A DNA stretch of 62,506 bases, counting the filler, from Rhabdomonas costata (taxonomy: Eukaryota): NCBI GenBank assembly GCA_019059605.1. It is 33 parts of 33 records of this genome, joined end to end, with 100 filler letters (N's around TTAATTAATTAA, not from the genome) between each part and the next. Parts side by side here need not be neighbours in the genome. Positions count along the whole stretch, not along the records: positions 26,564 to 28,360 come from JAHMHO010008894.1; positions 28,461 to 30,258 come from JAHMHO010008895.1; positions 30,359 to 32,156 come from JAHMHO010008896.1; positions 32,257 to 34,054 come from JAHMHO010008897.1; positions 34,155 to 35,952 come from JAHMHO010008898.1; positions 36,053 to 37,843 come from JAHMHO010008899.1; positions 37,944 to 39,739 come from JAHMHO010008900.1; positions 39,840 to 41,636 come from JAHMHO010008901.1; 25 more parts are not named here. One strand, 5' to 3'. Positions 27,267 through 40,456 of the stretch are shown piece after piece; the first letter of the stretch is position 1, and every line of letters starts with the position of its first letter. The notes below the pieces were generated by a model that saw nothing but the letters and a program-made list of their open reading frames with translations, did no database searches and had not been told where the DNA came from. The position numbers and the translations under genes were made by a program.

Positions 27267-28348
27267 CTTCTGCACGGGAAATGGACGGTCCTCGCGACGG
27301 AAGTTGATGATTTGTCACGACATGGCGGGAGGCTACACAGAAGGTGATCGGTACCCTCAAGGCGTGTTAGGCACCTCCCAGATTTACAGGTTTTTGAGTT
27401 GCGCACGTGCGGAGGGGGGTGTATGTATGGTGTATGGTGTATGTATGTTTAGGGTTTTTACGCGTGTGTTCAACCACACCTCATCAACCACTGGCAACCA
27501 CTGGAGTGGGGAGGGGGGGGAAGCTTTGAAAGGTTTTGGGTCCTTGAGTTTTTTTCGCGTCTCTGTTGAGGCATAGGTAATGCTGCCATGCATCCTCCTC
27601 ATCCCGCCTGCTCTGTTTTTGTGCGTGCTCCTCGTTGGTATTGGCCTCTTTTTCCTTGAATTGTCTTGTTCTGTGGCCTGGTGGGTCTCTTTCAGGTTTC
27701 GACAGTGGCACTGGTGCGACTACTTCGTGTACTTCTCTCACCGCCGAGTCACTGTTCCCCCGCCTGGGTGGACGATTGTTGCCCACCGCCATGGCTGCAG
27801 AGTGCTAGGTTTGGTTGGGGCTTTCTTTTGGTTTCGTGAAGACGTCTCTTGCCAGTCATGTTTCAACTATACTTTTGTTTGGACCAGTGAATGCATCTTT
27901 CTATGATAGGATGTGTAGCTCTTCCGTCAACCTTTCTGTGACAACCGGGCAGCTTTTGTGCGCACTGACCGACTTGGTGCGTTTTAAGGCACGTTCATCA
28001 CCGAGGGTCGCGAGGGTGCGGAGGAGTGCTTGAGGTTATTCGCATCAAATTTTTCCGCGGAGCACTTTGCGGCGCAACTCGCCGGGATGGCTTCGTACTA
28101 CGGCTTCGACGGCTGGCTGCTGAACATTGAGAACCCCGTGCCTGCCCAGCTGATGGACAGCGTTCTTCACTTCTGCCAGACCCTCACACAGGAAGTTTGT
28201 ACGAGCGTTTGTTTTTGTTCACTTCAGCGCTTTGTCCTTTGATCCGAAGGTCTCACTGCTTCTGCGCAGATGCATCGGGCAGTTCCAGGCTCTGCGGTGA
28301 TCTGGTACGACTCTGTTGTTTACCCCGAGGGCGCGGTCAGCTACCAGG
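27267..28348 (+). CDS. ENGASE: Cytosolic endo-beta-N-acetylglucosaminidase (GH85), exons 27267-27389, 27696-27808, 27989-28194, 28270-~28348
   Basis: LMICHDMAGGY, DYFVYFSHRRVTVPPPGW, HGCRVLG|TFITE, catalytic YGFDGWLLNIEN and VIWYDSV. Confidence 0.93.
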
Positions 28349-29079
28349 TCACCACAAACCNNNNNNNNNNNNNNNNNNNNNNNNNNNNNNNNNNNNNNNN
28401 NNNNTTAATTAATTAANNNNNNNNNNNNNNNNNNNNNNNNNNNNNNNNNNNNNNNNNNNNTTTTTTTTTTCGACGTGCAGGCATACTGGGGATTGACGAA
28501 GACAAGAGATAGCACGGAGATGTGGACATCTTCCCAATCTCGGCGACTGAAATCTTATCTTGTTTATGAAAGTTTTCAAGTTTAATGCATAAGGTGCCGT
28601 GTTTTGAAATGACGTAAGAGGGAGAGGGACCATTCAAAGCAACAGGGCACAATACGAGCGTGAGCAGTCCGATCTGATACAATCTCACACTTCGGTCCAA
28701 CCCAACCTCAGGTCATCGCCCAACCCGTTTGGGTTCCTTTAATTCCACTGTTTCGTTTAGGATGATGGCTGCACACAAAAATAGCAAAGGCCAACACACA
28801 TGGCGCCTTGGAGCGGTGTGCCAACACGCGCGCGCGTTGGCACACACACACACACACATTGCGCCTTGCGCGGAGTGCGGTGGTGTGTGCTTGTGCTTCA
28901 AGTTCTGCACACCTGTTTTTTTTGGACGCGTTCACGATGCTGGCTGTTCGTGCAGGACGACACGACGGGCATTGTGGTGAGGCCATCCACACACATATTC
29001 ACACACACGGGAAGCCGCACACACTGCGCCTTGGCGCACAAACATACCTCGATTAAAGCCACACACAGCCGCATCCCAC

Positions 29080-29864
29080 GACGTTGCCTCGTAGCCCTCC
29101 AGCAGCTGCAGCGTGCCCACCAGAGCAGGTGGGAAGTGCCTCCGCAGCAGCCAGTTCTGCAGGTCGCAGAACACCCCCCGCATCAGCGAGTCCCCAATCA
29201 CAAAGACCTCCAGCGGGGGGCCCACCTCGAATTGCTCCCGAGTCAGAAAGGGGTACACACAGCGGCGGGGCAGCCACACCGGATCCCCCGAAAACCACTG
29301 CTGCGCGTGGTCCTGTGCGCACGCCGGGACGCTGTTCCTAGCCAACCAAAGCCCAGGCTCGTCCCCACTGCCGCAAGGCTTGCACGGGGGCAAGGGCAGC
29401 AACCTCCCTGAGACGCTGAAGGTGGGCAGCGGAGAGAACAAAGAGTGGTCCCCAAAGAACACTGGGGTGGGGCGGTACAGCTCTGCGGGGATCTTCGGAC
29501 CGCGGTACGAGGTGTTGCATGACAGAAGGTACAAGTACGCCCCCGGTACCTCGAGGGGGAGGACGTGAACCAGTGCAAAAGGAAGGCGCACGTTCGTCGA
29601 GGGGTCAGGGTTGCGCGAGGTAAGCAGCTCCGTGGCCAACACCATCGAGCCACTGACCCACGCGTAGCACAGCAAAGGTTCCGCGACCAACGTGGTGATC
29701 ACAAGGTCCTCCCCAGACAAAAACGAAGCCTCGGTGCTGCGCGAGCAAACGGGTTGGAAATGGGTGCCCACCGAGCACCGCATCCAGGCTCCTGGAACCG
29801 TGGAGAGGCAACTGAAGGACAGCAAAAGAAAGGTCACAAGAAGGAGTTGCAGAGCCAACTCCAT
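29080..29864 (-). CDS. Secreted/membrane-anchored SGNH-type protein (PC-esterase/TBL/Cas1p-like), N-terminal part
   Basis: Hydrophobic N-terminal signal, then WLPRRC...FVIGDSLMR (WxPxxC plus the GDS catalytic motif). Confidence 0.6.
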
Positions 29865-30614
29865 CCGAACGATTTGAGTCGACCGAACCGGTCACCAGGA
29901 CGAGGAGAGGCCTTCCATTGTTGAGAAAAGGACCGGAGCCTTTCCAGCCAGAACTGGAGAGAGTTACCCACAAATTTCTGGCTAAAAATCTGTTCCTTGA
30001 AATGACGACGCCAATCATTAGCGTGGGTGCTCACAGTATGAAGAGGGAAAATGTGAGGTGGAAGAGAAAGCGCAATCACACGCACGTGCAAGTGCCCGTG
30101 AACGCAGAAGTGAGTTCTCCATCTCTGGCGCGACCACATTGCACCCAGCAGGAACAGAGGCTTCAGAATGGTCGACAAAACGGTTATTTTTGCCTCCCGG
30201 CTTGTTCTTTTCTCCTTTTCAATTTTGTTTTTGGACATATACTGCTTTCAGCTTCCGGNNNNNNNNNNNNNNNNNNNNNNNNNNNNNNNNNNNNNNNNNN
30301 NNTTAATTAATTAANNNNNNNNNNNNNNNNNNNNNNNNNNNNNNNNNNNNNNNNNNNNGGTTTTAAAAGGATATTGTTTTCCTGGGGTGCTGCGAAGTGA
30401 GCGATTGGGAAGCCAACGCTGTCGCAGCAGGATACAGCTTGTTGTGATCTGTGCTTGTTTCTGGTTTTTGACTGGGACAGAGAGATCTCTTCCATCTTCC
30501 GTGTGTGTGTGTGTGTGCCTGAGTTTGTTTGATCATCTCCGATGATATCCCTCATCTTCATTTGCGCAATTCCCCCACTGCATCCGAGCAGAAAAATGTT
30601 GTTTGCCTCGCCCA

Positions 30615-31979
30615 CCCCTCCGCATTTCTGCTCTTGGGGCGATGCTTCCTTTTGGTATTTTGAAGCGTCCCTCCTAATCCACTGACACTATCATTCTCAA
30701 GCAAGTGCTCAGCGATTTCCCGGTCCCAGTCCGTGCCCCGCTCGCCCTCTTTCCCACCTCTCCCCGCCCACAACACACACGCATACCGCTGAGCAGCCCC
30801 AATTGCCGTTGGTGCACGGCTGTGTCATCTTGCGGCAGACGGTGCCTCTCCCTTCTAGTAGTGAACTTCCTTTTGCAGTTCTCGGGCCGTGTTCTCTATT
30901 GTGCTCTATTGTCGCTGCTTCAGATTATCCTTCATATACATCGTGTCCCTACCTTCCATCTGCGCCGGCATTGTGAATGTGCTTCCAAGGTTGGCAATCT
31001 GCCAGAATGGCCTCCACTTTCCGTCATCTTGGGTTCACCAGTTGAGCAAACACCCAACTTCTTCAGAAACGAAGTAGACAAACCTTAAAATAACAAGGAT
31101 CCTGAAAATCGAATAATTCTGCATTGTCCCCTCTTCCCCCTTGGGTCAATGTTGGGGCAACAACTGCGCACTTACCGCAGACCTATTTAAATCTCAATAC
31201 GGGGAGGAAATTGGCGACAATGGTGCTTTTATTTTTGGCCATTTTTAAGCTTTTTATGGTCGATTTAGGGCAAATTCGACTCTTTTGTGGAGCCTCCTGG
31301 AGACTTCACTACCGAGCAAGGGTGGCGCCAGAGAATTTCAGGGGGGAGAAGTTCACGTTGCAGCGGCTTTCGGGTGCACCATCCTACGGTCTGTGAATAT
31401 GTGTGTGGACCCTTCCGTGTGTTTGGCCGTGTGTGCCCTCGCGAGGTTAGCAGTGTGTGTGAGAGCTCGAATGTGTGTGTGAGCGTGTGGGCTCATTTGT
31501 TTTCGCCTCATCCAAAATGTCTCACCACCGTGTCGAAGTACAGTGATTCTGTCTTCACCCCCCGTATCCGCCCTGCTCGTGGGGCGAGACTTCCTTTTAG
31601 TGCCTTGAAGCGTCCCTCCCAAGCTCCTTATGCTTTCAACGGTTGCATTCTCGAAGCAAGGGCCATGCTCGCCTCGTCCGGCAATGCTCTGCTTACCCTT
31701 TTCACCCCTCCTACTTTATCCCCTCCCCCCATTCACCACCTTGCACACCTGCACATCTTAGAAGACCCAAAATGGGCGTTTTTGCACGGCCCCGTCATCT
31801 TGCGGCAGGCGGTGCATCACCACTCTCTCAGATTTGGTTGCGGCCAGCGTGCTTTGGATGTGTGAGTGTACACCTTTCGAGACGCGTTCACTTTCTCGAT
31901 CAGTGCTGCCAGTGTTCTCCGTTGTGGTTGTCGTTTCATCGTTTGGTTTCCCGTATCCGCCATACCCTTCCATATCCAT
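30615..31979 (-). CDS. Hypothetical multi-exon gene with two similar exons
   Basis: AG/GT-bounded exon 31874-31979 (MDMEGYGGYGKPNDETTTTTE...) and two segments encoding LGGTLQxTKRKxRPxSR. Confidence 0.35.
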
Positions 31980-32286
31980 CTGCACAGGCAGCGGCAGCGT
32001 AGTGCAGACACTTTTCACAAACCTATGACTTCCATATTTTTAGTCTTCCGAAAGGAACTTCATTTTGAGCAGGTTTCATTTTTTGTGCGGTTTGTGCGCT
32101 CCAGCGCTTTGATATTTGACAAGCCGTTTCCCACACAGGCTCATTTCTTTGTCATCNNNNNNNNNNNNNNNNNNNNNNNNNNNNNNNNNNNNNNNNNNNN
32201 TTAATTAATTAANNNNNNNNNNNNNNNNNNNNNNNNNNNNNNNNNNNNNNNNNNNNTTTTGGTGGGCTTCTTGTTGGGGCTTCACA

Positions 32287-33946
32287 TGGGGAAGTGTACT
32301 TTGAGCAGCCCTGCAGCAGCTGCGACATGGGGATCTCCGTGGTTCGGTACCGTGCCGATCAGAGCCCGGACGGCGTTGTGTGCGCTGCGGGGCAGTCGCT
32401 GCTGGGTTACTCTGTCAGTGACCAGTTCAGCGCACCGAATTTCCACTTTGAGCAGGGGGGCTCTAGGTACTTCCACTTTGGGCAATCCCTGACGGACGAG
32501 CTTGGGCTTTCTTGGCAGACCAGCGTTGTGATGTCCGAAACGACGTTGTTTAAGGTATTGTCTCCTTGTGTACTTTTCCTTGTGATTTTTCTTGTGTTTT
32601 TCTTTTTTGCGGTTGTTGCATTGTGTTGCGATAGACTTTTTGGACGGTCTTCACCAGGAGCTCTCTTCTTCTTCTTCGAAATGCTTGTATATCATACTTT
32701 GGTATGGGAAGAGAGCGAGTCACTCTTACCTCCGCCTTGTTGTTTCGTCTCGCCCCATCCCACATCCAGTCGATTGTGTTTCTTATCACGTCCACTTTTT
32801 GAGCTACAGCATTTCACTCTAGTTTCTAACCAGTTCTTTGCGTTGGTAATTGGTCATTTTTTACTGTCTCCGGACATCAGTGTCCTTTCCCAACCTTGTT
32901 TTTTCCTGGATTGCTGGCTGTTTTTCTCCTGTAGGACATCAATGCCGCCGTGATGAGAATGGTCGGTATCACGATGGGTGCGGTTGTCGGCTTAGGGCTC
33001 CTCAGCAGCATTCTCGTCTCCGCACTGATTACCATTCCATTGTTTCGTCTTGCGCATGGGATGAGCAAAATGGCCGTGTTGAAGCTCGACGATGACGAGG
33101 CGAAGGGATCGTTGCTGGCCTCCCGATCGAAATTTCTGGAAGTAGCAACTTGCGAGAACTCGTTCCAAGCTCTGGAAAGGTCCCTGCTGGTTACTTTTTT
33201 GTTGTAGACCTGTAATCAGCGTTTTTCTGATAGCTTTGACAGAACAACTTTCAAAGTTGTGTGGTACGAATTGGTGTTGTGCGGATACCTCGAACGGAGT
33301 GTATTACTCTGTTTTAGGACGAGCGACAGATGGTGTTGTCTTTTCCGTGAACTTTGAAGTGAATGACTTATCTCAGAGGTCTGAAGGCCTTCGTGAGGTA
33401 TGTGCCCAGAGACGTCGTGAAGATGATGCTGACGGGATCGATGGAAGTGGGCAGCGTGATGGTTCGCAAGGTGGTTAGCATCATGTTTGCGGATATCGTG
33501 GGGTTTTCGACACTTTGCGAGCAGATCCTGTCGGAGCAGCTTGTGCAGCTGATGACGGAGTATGGGTTATCTTTGTTGTGACCTTCGGAGGGGTGGGACG
33601 ATTTCTACGGGGCTCCATGTGATCTACATTTTCTGTGTCAGGGTTCTTTCACGTTTAGCACTCCATTTACCCGCTCTTAGTTTTGGGGCACTATTGAAAT
33701 GCGCTACGAGTGAAACATCACTTTGGCTTCCTGGACTCCAGCCACCAGAACGTTTGCTTGCTAAGTGTTGTTGCTTTTGGAAAGCTATCATCCTTTTGTT
33801 TACAAGACACTTTTCCGGGATACTCAACCTCAAGCCTTGCGAATCACTTGCTTCTCATTAGCGCGCATTTTTGTTTGCCCCCGACTCTCAGGTATCTTCA
33901 GTCCATGTGCCAAGCGATAGTGCACACCAGCGGTACCTTGGACAAG
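32287..33946 (+). CDS. Membrane adenylate/guanylate cyclase (sensor-TM-HAMP-class III cyclase), exons <32287-32554, 32935-33179, 33377-33559, 33892-33946
   Basis: TM helix, HAMP-like ITIPLFRLAHGMSKMA, linker LKAFVRYVPRDVV, and cyclase motifs SIMFADIVGFSTLCE and GTLDK. Confidence 0.88.
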
Positions 33947-36591
33947 GCATGTTTTCATGGGCTTGCCCTGGGCTCCTTTTTCGTCTCAGCATCCTCATTT
34001 ACAGCTTACCCAGGGAACTCTTTTCCATAATCTTTTATTTTGACACCCACAACANNNNNNNNNNNNNNNNNNNNNNNNNNNNNNNNNNNNNNNNNNNNTT
34101 AATTAATTAANNNNNNNNNNNNNNNNNNNNNNNNNNNNNNNNNNNNNNNNNNNNGGTTTGTTTTTTCTGCTGGGGGTAGGGGAGTATGCTGGACTGTCTG
34201 GCGGTCAATCGATGCTCAGACAATGACGAATCCACGAATCAATCTACCTAAAGTACGTCACACTGTATACTCAGAACCACAGAATTCGTTTTTTTTCAGC
34301 TGTTTGTGCTTCCCAAGCAAAAAAATACCTACCCGTGTGAGGACCAAACTCTACACAACCCGCATGCGTGATGTGGTGTTCTCGCTGGGTGCAAAAATCG
34401 AGATTTTTCTCTCGCGCCTGCGGCGCGCAGCAACACAAAACAAGACCTTTCCTTGATAGGGGTGCGAGCCAAGATGGCAGGGGGAGTCGCGGGTCCATTT
34501 AACCATCCTGCTGAATTGATGGCAATGAGATAGGGTCTGACGAGGTTGAAATACGTCACATACGTTCTTCTGAGATTTGGGGTGTAACTATCCTTATCTC
34601 ATTTCTTACTGAACGGTAAAAAAAAGCGATTGCTCGCTCAGACAGCGCGATGTATTGCAGTACCCACAACATACCACGGCTGAAGGACCAAAGCAATCAC
34701 AATCACTGCAAAGATTTGGGTTTGGTTGCTCTCGCCCTCGCTGCTCTTTCACAGGAAACCTCAGGGCGGCCCTTAAAGCGCTCTCTTCTGCGGTGATGGC
34801 GCACCCCGAGCACACCCTCAGCCGAAGCGTACTGGCTGTACTCCGGGAGCGAGCCCAGAGACGTACCGGAAGTGGGAGTGGGTAGTGCGGGTTGCAAATA
34901 TGGCAATATCATTTGTCATTCCATGCACATGGAACTTGTCAGTCCGCCTTTAACGTTGCTTCCGTCACGGAGGTATGCTTTTATCGGGCCCCGCGTGCAC
35001 AGTTGCTCGGTGGTTGCTGTTGTCGTTGACTTTCTGTCTCGAGGGCCCAAAATTGGTTGTCTATCACAAAAAATATTTTTGCTTTGGTGTCTCACCATTG
35101 TTGTCCTCTCTCACGCGCTCTCCCTCACCGTCTTCGTTTGCTGTGTACCAACCTGTGCACGTGAGTGAGTGTTAGTACTTGTTTGTCCTTGCTGTGCCTC
35201 TTCAGGGCCAGATGGTTTGGTCATGCCATTTGAAAACACAGAAGCTGTGTGCAGGCGACCGGAGAGTGCGATGTGTGGTTCCGGGTGGCTCCACACGCGT
35301 GTGCGGATATGGATGTACTATTGGGAATTCGATGCACCGAATGCATTCATCGATTTTGGACACGCGATTCATTTTGCTTCTGTTGTTTGTGGCTATGCTT
35401 ATTTCGTAAGGACCATCCAAAAGGATGGGCTTCTGAGGTTACAGTATGCTTGCTTTGTTTGTACTCTAGCCCAGCCCAAAGCAATGTCGCCAGTGGTTCT
35501 TGCTTCAGCTGGATGACACTCTCTTTTGACACTCTCCACCTCACTCCATTCTCAACACACACGCCCAACACACACACACACACACACACGCAAACAAAAA
35601 ATGCCCCCACGGCGCAGCACACAGTCGAAGGTCAAAAGGCCGGCAGCGCGCTGTTGGGCGCCCAACCCACTTCCGGTGCCACACATACAAAACAGTCTTC
35701 TTGAGATCTCACGCAGACAGTCTTCTTCGCCGGCAGTCCTTCTGTGAAGAGGTATTCCAGCATCCCTTGGTCAAACAAACCACACGTTTCCCTCCCCTCC
35801 CCCTCCGCTGCCTTTCGCCGCACACGCACCTTCTGTTCCGGACACCCACGCGGCGGAACAAGGCGATCTGCACCTGGCCGTCTTCCTGTATGTTATGCCG
35901 CAAAGGACGCGCAGCTGGTGTTTTGTTCTGTTTGGTGCTTCAACCCAAACCCNNNNNNNNNNNNNNNNNNNNNNNNNNNNNNNNNNNNNNNNNNNNTTAA
36001 TTAATTAANNNNNNNNNNNNNNNNNNNNNNNNNNNNNNNNNNNNNNNNNNNNATTGGTCGAGAGCCCCAGCAAACTTCTGCATGCACCCTTCCACTATGT
36101 CGTTGAGTGGATCCAGTTAACTACAGTTTGAAGTAATCAGACCCAAGTTGTTTTTGGGGCTAGCCGGCTGCATTTTTTTTGGGGCCCGGCCTCCTCCCAG
36201 AACTTCCGGCCACGCCGCAGCGCCATCCCCCGCCATCTTATATCAATGGTCATCGACTGTGCGTGCAATGGCATCGGTTACCCAACCGCCCTGTACGAAC
36301 ACACAGATATATCGGGGGGGGGTGGCACATCCTGCCTAGATCTCTTGCAGTTTTCCGACTGAGTTAAATCTAAAACGCATCACTTTAATGGTTTTTGATA
36401 GCTTTTTACCGATATTTTCTCGGGACACACCTTCAGAAACTAAGAGGCCATTTTAGCATTCTCGCTCCCCAGGTCTTTTTTCAGGTAAGGTAAACTTCCT
36501 CCTCATTCTGCCAAGCAAGAAAGCTGGGAGCTGCCCCAAATTATTTCAGATCCCGTGGAAAGCTTAGAAAGAAAAAAGCATCATTACACAC

Positions 36592-37440
36592 CAACGGAGA
36601 GAATGTCGGTGACATTGAACAGGAGTCTAAGGGTTCCGGGGTACGGCCGGATGGTGTTGTGGAGCAGGTCAGGGAGCTGCGCTGCGGTGGAGGTGACCCC
36701 ACTGTAGACCGAAGCGTTCGCGGGAAAGGGAGGCAGAAACCTCCAAAAGCTCCCTAGCTCCCGCACGTCAACGGTGACCACGTCCTGAGCAAATCGGGTG
36801 CGTATCAAAAAGATATATATGTGAATTATTACCCATCCAATCCTGAGAACCCGTCTACCAGTTCTGAGCAACAGTTGAGGGCACCGCATACACTTCGTCC
36901 TAATTAACTGCTAGTGCAATGTGTCACTGCTATGCTAACCTTATCCTCTGGAACACTATATACGGCATCCGCCTTGAAAAGCTGTCCTTTTTGGTCCTTC
37001 TTTATCATTGGCTGGTTGTTATCATTAATGAGGTGATTACAAGGAGATAACTGTCGGAATTATCTGTTCTAACTCCATGCGAGACCTGGACATGAAAACT
37101 CTGGGGCAGAGGGGGATAAACAGGGTAATCGCGATGTCACAGGTCTTAGCCCCCCCAAAAAAATTCATTGGCATTGATATCAACATCATGTTTATCACTG
37201 GGCCACCGCTCCTTATTGAAGTACACCAACGTTGTCAATACTGGGACGCAAAAGAATTCGGCTTATGCATCGAAAATTTTGGTGCACGTTGAGAACGAGG
37301 TGTCTTCGGGAAGGAGGTGTTCAAAGGCCACCTCTGCTGAGAGATTCAGTGCACCAGCAACCGCGAGCTGGAAATGCGTGGGGAAGAGCCAGGTCAGGGG
37401 AATGCCTGACAGCTCCACTTCAAACATGAGCTCCGTGAGA
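36592..37440 (-). CDS. Exons of a surface protein with an SEA-like segment (37332-~37440, 36592-36784)
   Basis: The phase-0 GT-AG join gives FQLAVAGALNLSAE|DVVTVDVRELGS, resembling SEA-like modules. Confidence 0.4.
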
Positions 37441-38716
37441 TAAGGTGTGCTCGTCAGGGTTGGGGTATCTGCGTGTGGAGACATTGCAAACGCAGGCAAT
37501 GAACTTGGAAAACGAATACTGAAGGGGAGTGCATGTCTGCGGCCAGGATAATTTCAGTCCACTGGTAGTGTGAAGTATGACAGTGCTTTACAGGGGAATC
37601 TGGTAATTGCACGATGAAACAAAACATAATAAGCGGGCTGCGTAATATAAAAAGGGTGGTGGGAGGTGATGGCAATGATGGGCAGTGATGGCAACCCTCA
37701 CTGCGGTTTAGGTTGCTGGCGCAGAGCGGGTGTTAAGTTGCGATTCAGCCAGCTTTTGGTTGGGAACCGCAGCTGGCTGAGCTGCAACTTAACACCCGCT
37801 TTGCGCCAGCAACCTAAACCGGAGTGAAGGTTGCCCACACAACNNNNNNNNNNNNNNNNNNNNNNNNNNNNNNNNNNNNNNNNNNNNTTAATTAATTAAN
37901 NNNNNNNNNNNNNNNNNNNNNNNNNNNNNNNNNNNNNNNNNNNTGTTGTTTGGGGCCAGCACGAGCACACAGGACAGGAACCTTCTGAATCCGAGTACGT
38001 GGGCGAAAAGGAAAGCTGCCCCCAAACCTAAGATGCGCGCAGCCTGGGTGCTCGCACTAAATGCATGCAGCACTGACATCGGGTGCCGAACACTCCACCT
38101 GGTCCAGAGAACGTGGAACCGCCTATCCTTCGCCCAGAAGACGCGCGCAAGAAGCCCTGTTGTAGTTTTTATCTTGCATCGCCGAAGGCAGGTTTAGGTT
38201 TAATCTTGAGACTTATTCAAGATCCTCTCCAGAATAGAAACGGCAAATATTTCTTAAACTTTGTGGCACTCCTGCCCAAGGGCTTTTTTTGGTCCCAAGG
38301 CATAGTTTTCCTCTCCCTCTGAATTTCCTGGGGGGAAACAGTCAAAATAGACAAAACTGTGCAAACCCTTCTGTGCCTTCAATTTCGCCCCCTCCCCCCC
38401 TCCCCCGAAAAGTCAATGTGTGTACGGCATGTGGGCAGTTTTTGTCCCAACGTTGACCTACGAGTGGAAGAGGGGAAAGATGCAGAATTGTTGCTCTATT
38501 TGCCCTCCTTTTGATTTTGAGCTTTATTTTGAATCGTCGAAGAAGTCCGAGGAACCACTGAACCACGGATGCACACCCTGCAGGATCCCGGGGAATGTAC
38601 GTTCAAGGTTGACCAGGATGCTTTACCGCGGCGCTTCCGTACAACTTCTTAGGTCTTTTTTCAGCAGGTTATCTCTCATCACTCAAGTTTGAGTTTCCTC
38701 TGTGCTTTGTTCCCAG

Positions 38717-39162
38717 GCATACGTGTGGGGCTGTGGTTCAACATCACGGTGAAGCATGGGCAGGTCACCTTGTCCCCGCCCAGCGGGGACTTGCTCCACC
38801 CGCAGCCCCGGGTGTGTGCCTTCGATATTGAGTGCTCGAAGGCCCCGCTGAAGTTCCCCGACGCCGAGGTGGATCCCGTGTACATGATCTCCTACATGGT
38901 GGACACCCAAGGGTGTGTTTTCCTTGACCCAGGCTTGTTTCTGGTGTTGGGTGATCGTGAGGTTTCGTTGGCCTTCCCTCCGTCAAGCATCTCCCCTGAG
39001 GCCCACAGGAAATTCCCATGGTTTTGGTAGAGTTCCCCTCCCCACCATCACAGGTTTCTGATTATCAACCGGGAGATTGTGTCTGAGGACATCGAGAACT
39101 TCGAGTACACCCCAAAGCCCGAGTACGAGGGTCCCTTTGTGGTGTTCAATGAGAAAGATGAG
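38717..39162 (+). CDS. POLE: DNA polymerase epsilon catalytic subunit, exonuclease-domain exons (38717-38912, 39054-39162)
   Basis: [30 protein letters not shown] and [29 protein letters not shown]. Confidence 0.95.
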
Positions 39163-40456
39163 GTTCTACTCTCCCTACCTCTCTTTCTCTCTATTTTGTG
39201 GGTGTGTGGGTGTGGGTTTCCACTCTGCGCGCTTTGCAAACGTTTCATGTTCGTTCACCGCAGTGACTTTGTTGACCAACCACAGGCGGCCAATCGGAGG
39301 CGAAGTTTGCGCTGTGATAGCGGGAGATTTGTGGTCGCGTTTTTTGTTGGGCAACAGGCGACGAAGAGTGTTTGCCTGGGCCCCTTTCGCGGGATAGAGG
39401 CAGGTGGGTTTTTCGTACAAAGGTCGTGGGTGCCATCGACATATCGCTTCGAAACGGCACATAAAAAGGAAGAGCCATCAAGGGTGCAAGGACCGGCTAT
39501 ACAGCGTTTCGGGAGGCCCACAGTGTATAGAAAAGCTTCGGCGTTGCCATTTAGATGTTGCAAAGTTGCATTCGTGTGCATCGGTGACCGGAGCAGCTTG
39601 CCTGCTTCCCCGCCCCTCCCCATTGCCCGGTTCTGCTGTTCGTGTTCAAATCAAGGAGGTGATTTTTATCTCCTTAGACAAAAATCTGCAGCCGTCAGTG
39701 GGAGGCCGGCTTCCTCACACATAGTTTCTCTCTGCCCCCNNNNNNNNNNNNNNNNNNNNNNNNNNNNNNNNNNNNNNNNNNNNTTAATTAATTAANNNNN
39801 NNNNNNNNNNNNNNNNNNNNNNNNNNNNNNNNNNNNNNNGGTTTTTTGGGATCCAAGGATTCTTTCAACGCTTTTTTTTTTGCATACTTTTCCGGGACCA
39901 TGAAATGCACGTTTCTTTCGTTTTTTTGTTTCGGTTTGACCCACCCCAACACTACCACATCATCGTGGCCCACCAGTGTCGAACGAGTGTCTTTGACAGC
40001 AAAGTCACTCGTCCTTCCCGTCCTGGAACTTCGGAGGTAAGCAGTTGAGAAGACACCAAACAGTCCAAAGACACCACTTATAGTCCTGCGTGTGATAACA
40101 GAACCTAACCACAAATAACCTACGGACTTGAACAACTACCTCAACTACCTCAGTTCTTGTATTATTGTTTTTTTAAATCAGTAGTTAACACGGATAATTG
40201 CATCGTTTGAACAGGATCTTCAACCTTAACGATTTGGTACGGGGGCAACACACGCCAACAAGAAATAACGAAGAACAAAAAGGCAGGCGAAACTTCATTC
40301 AAAAAACTCCAATCAAGCTAGCAAATTGTCCCACATTTGGCACCGATTGCGTACCAGTCGCAGTCATCCAAATAGCCGCGTCCACAAAAACCAAGGAAGC
40401 TTCCTTTCTTTACCGCTCTTTATCGGTCTGACTCACCCCGCAGCACAATCACATAC

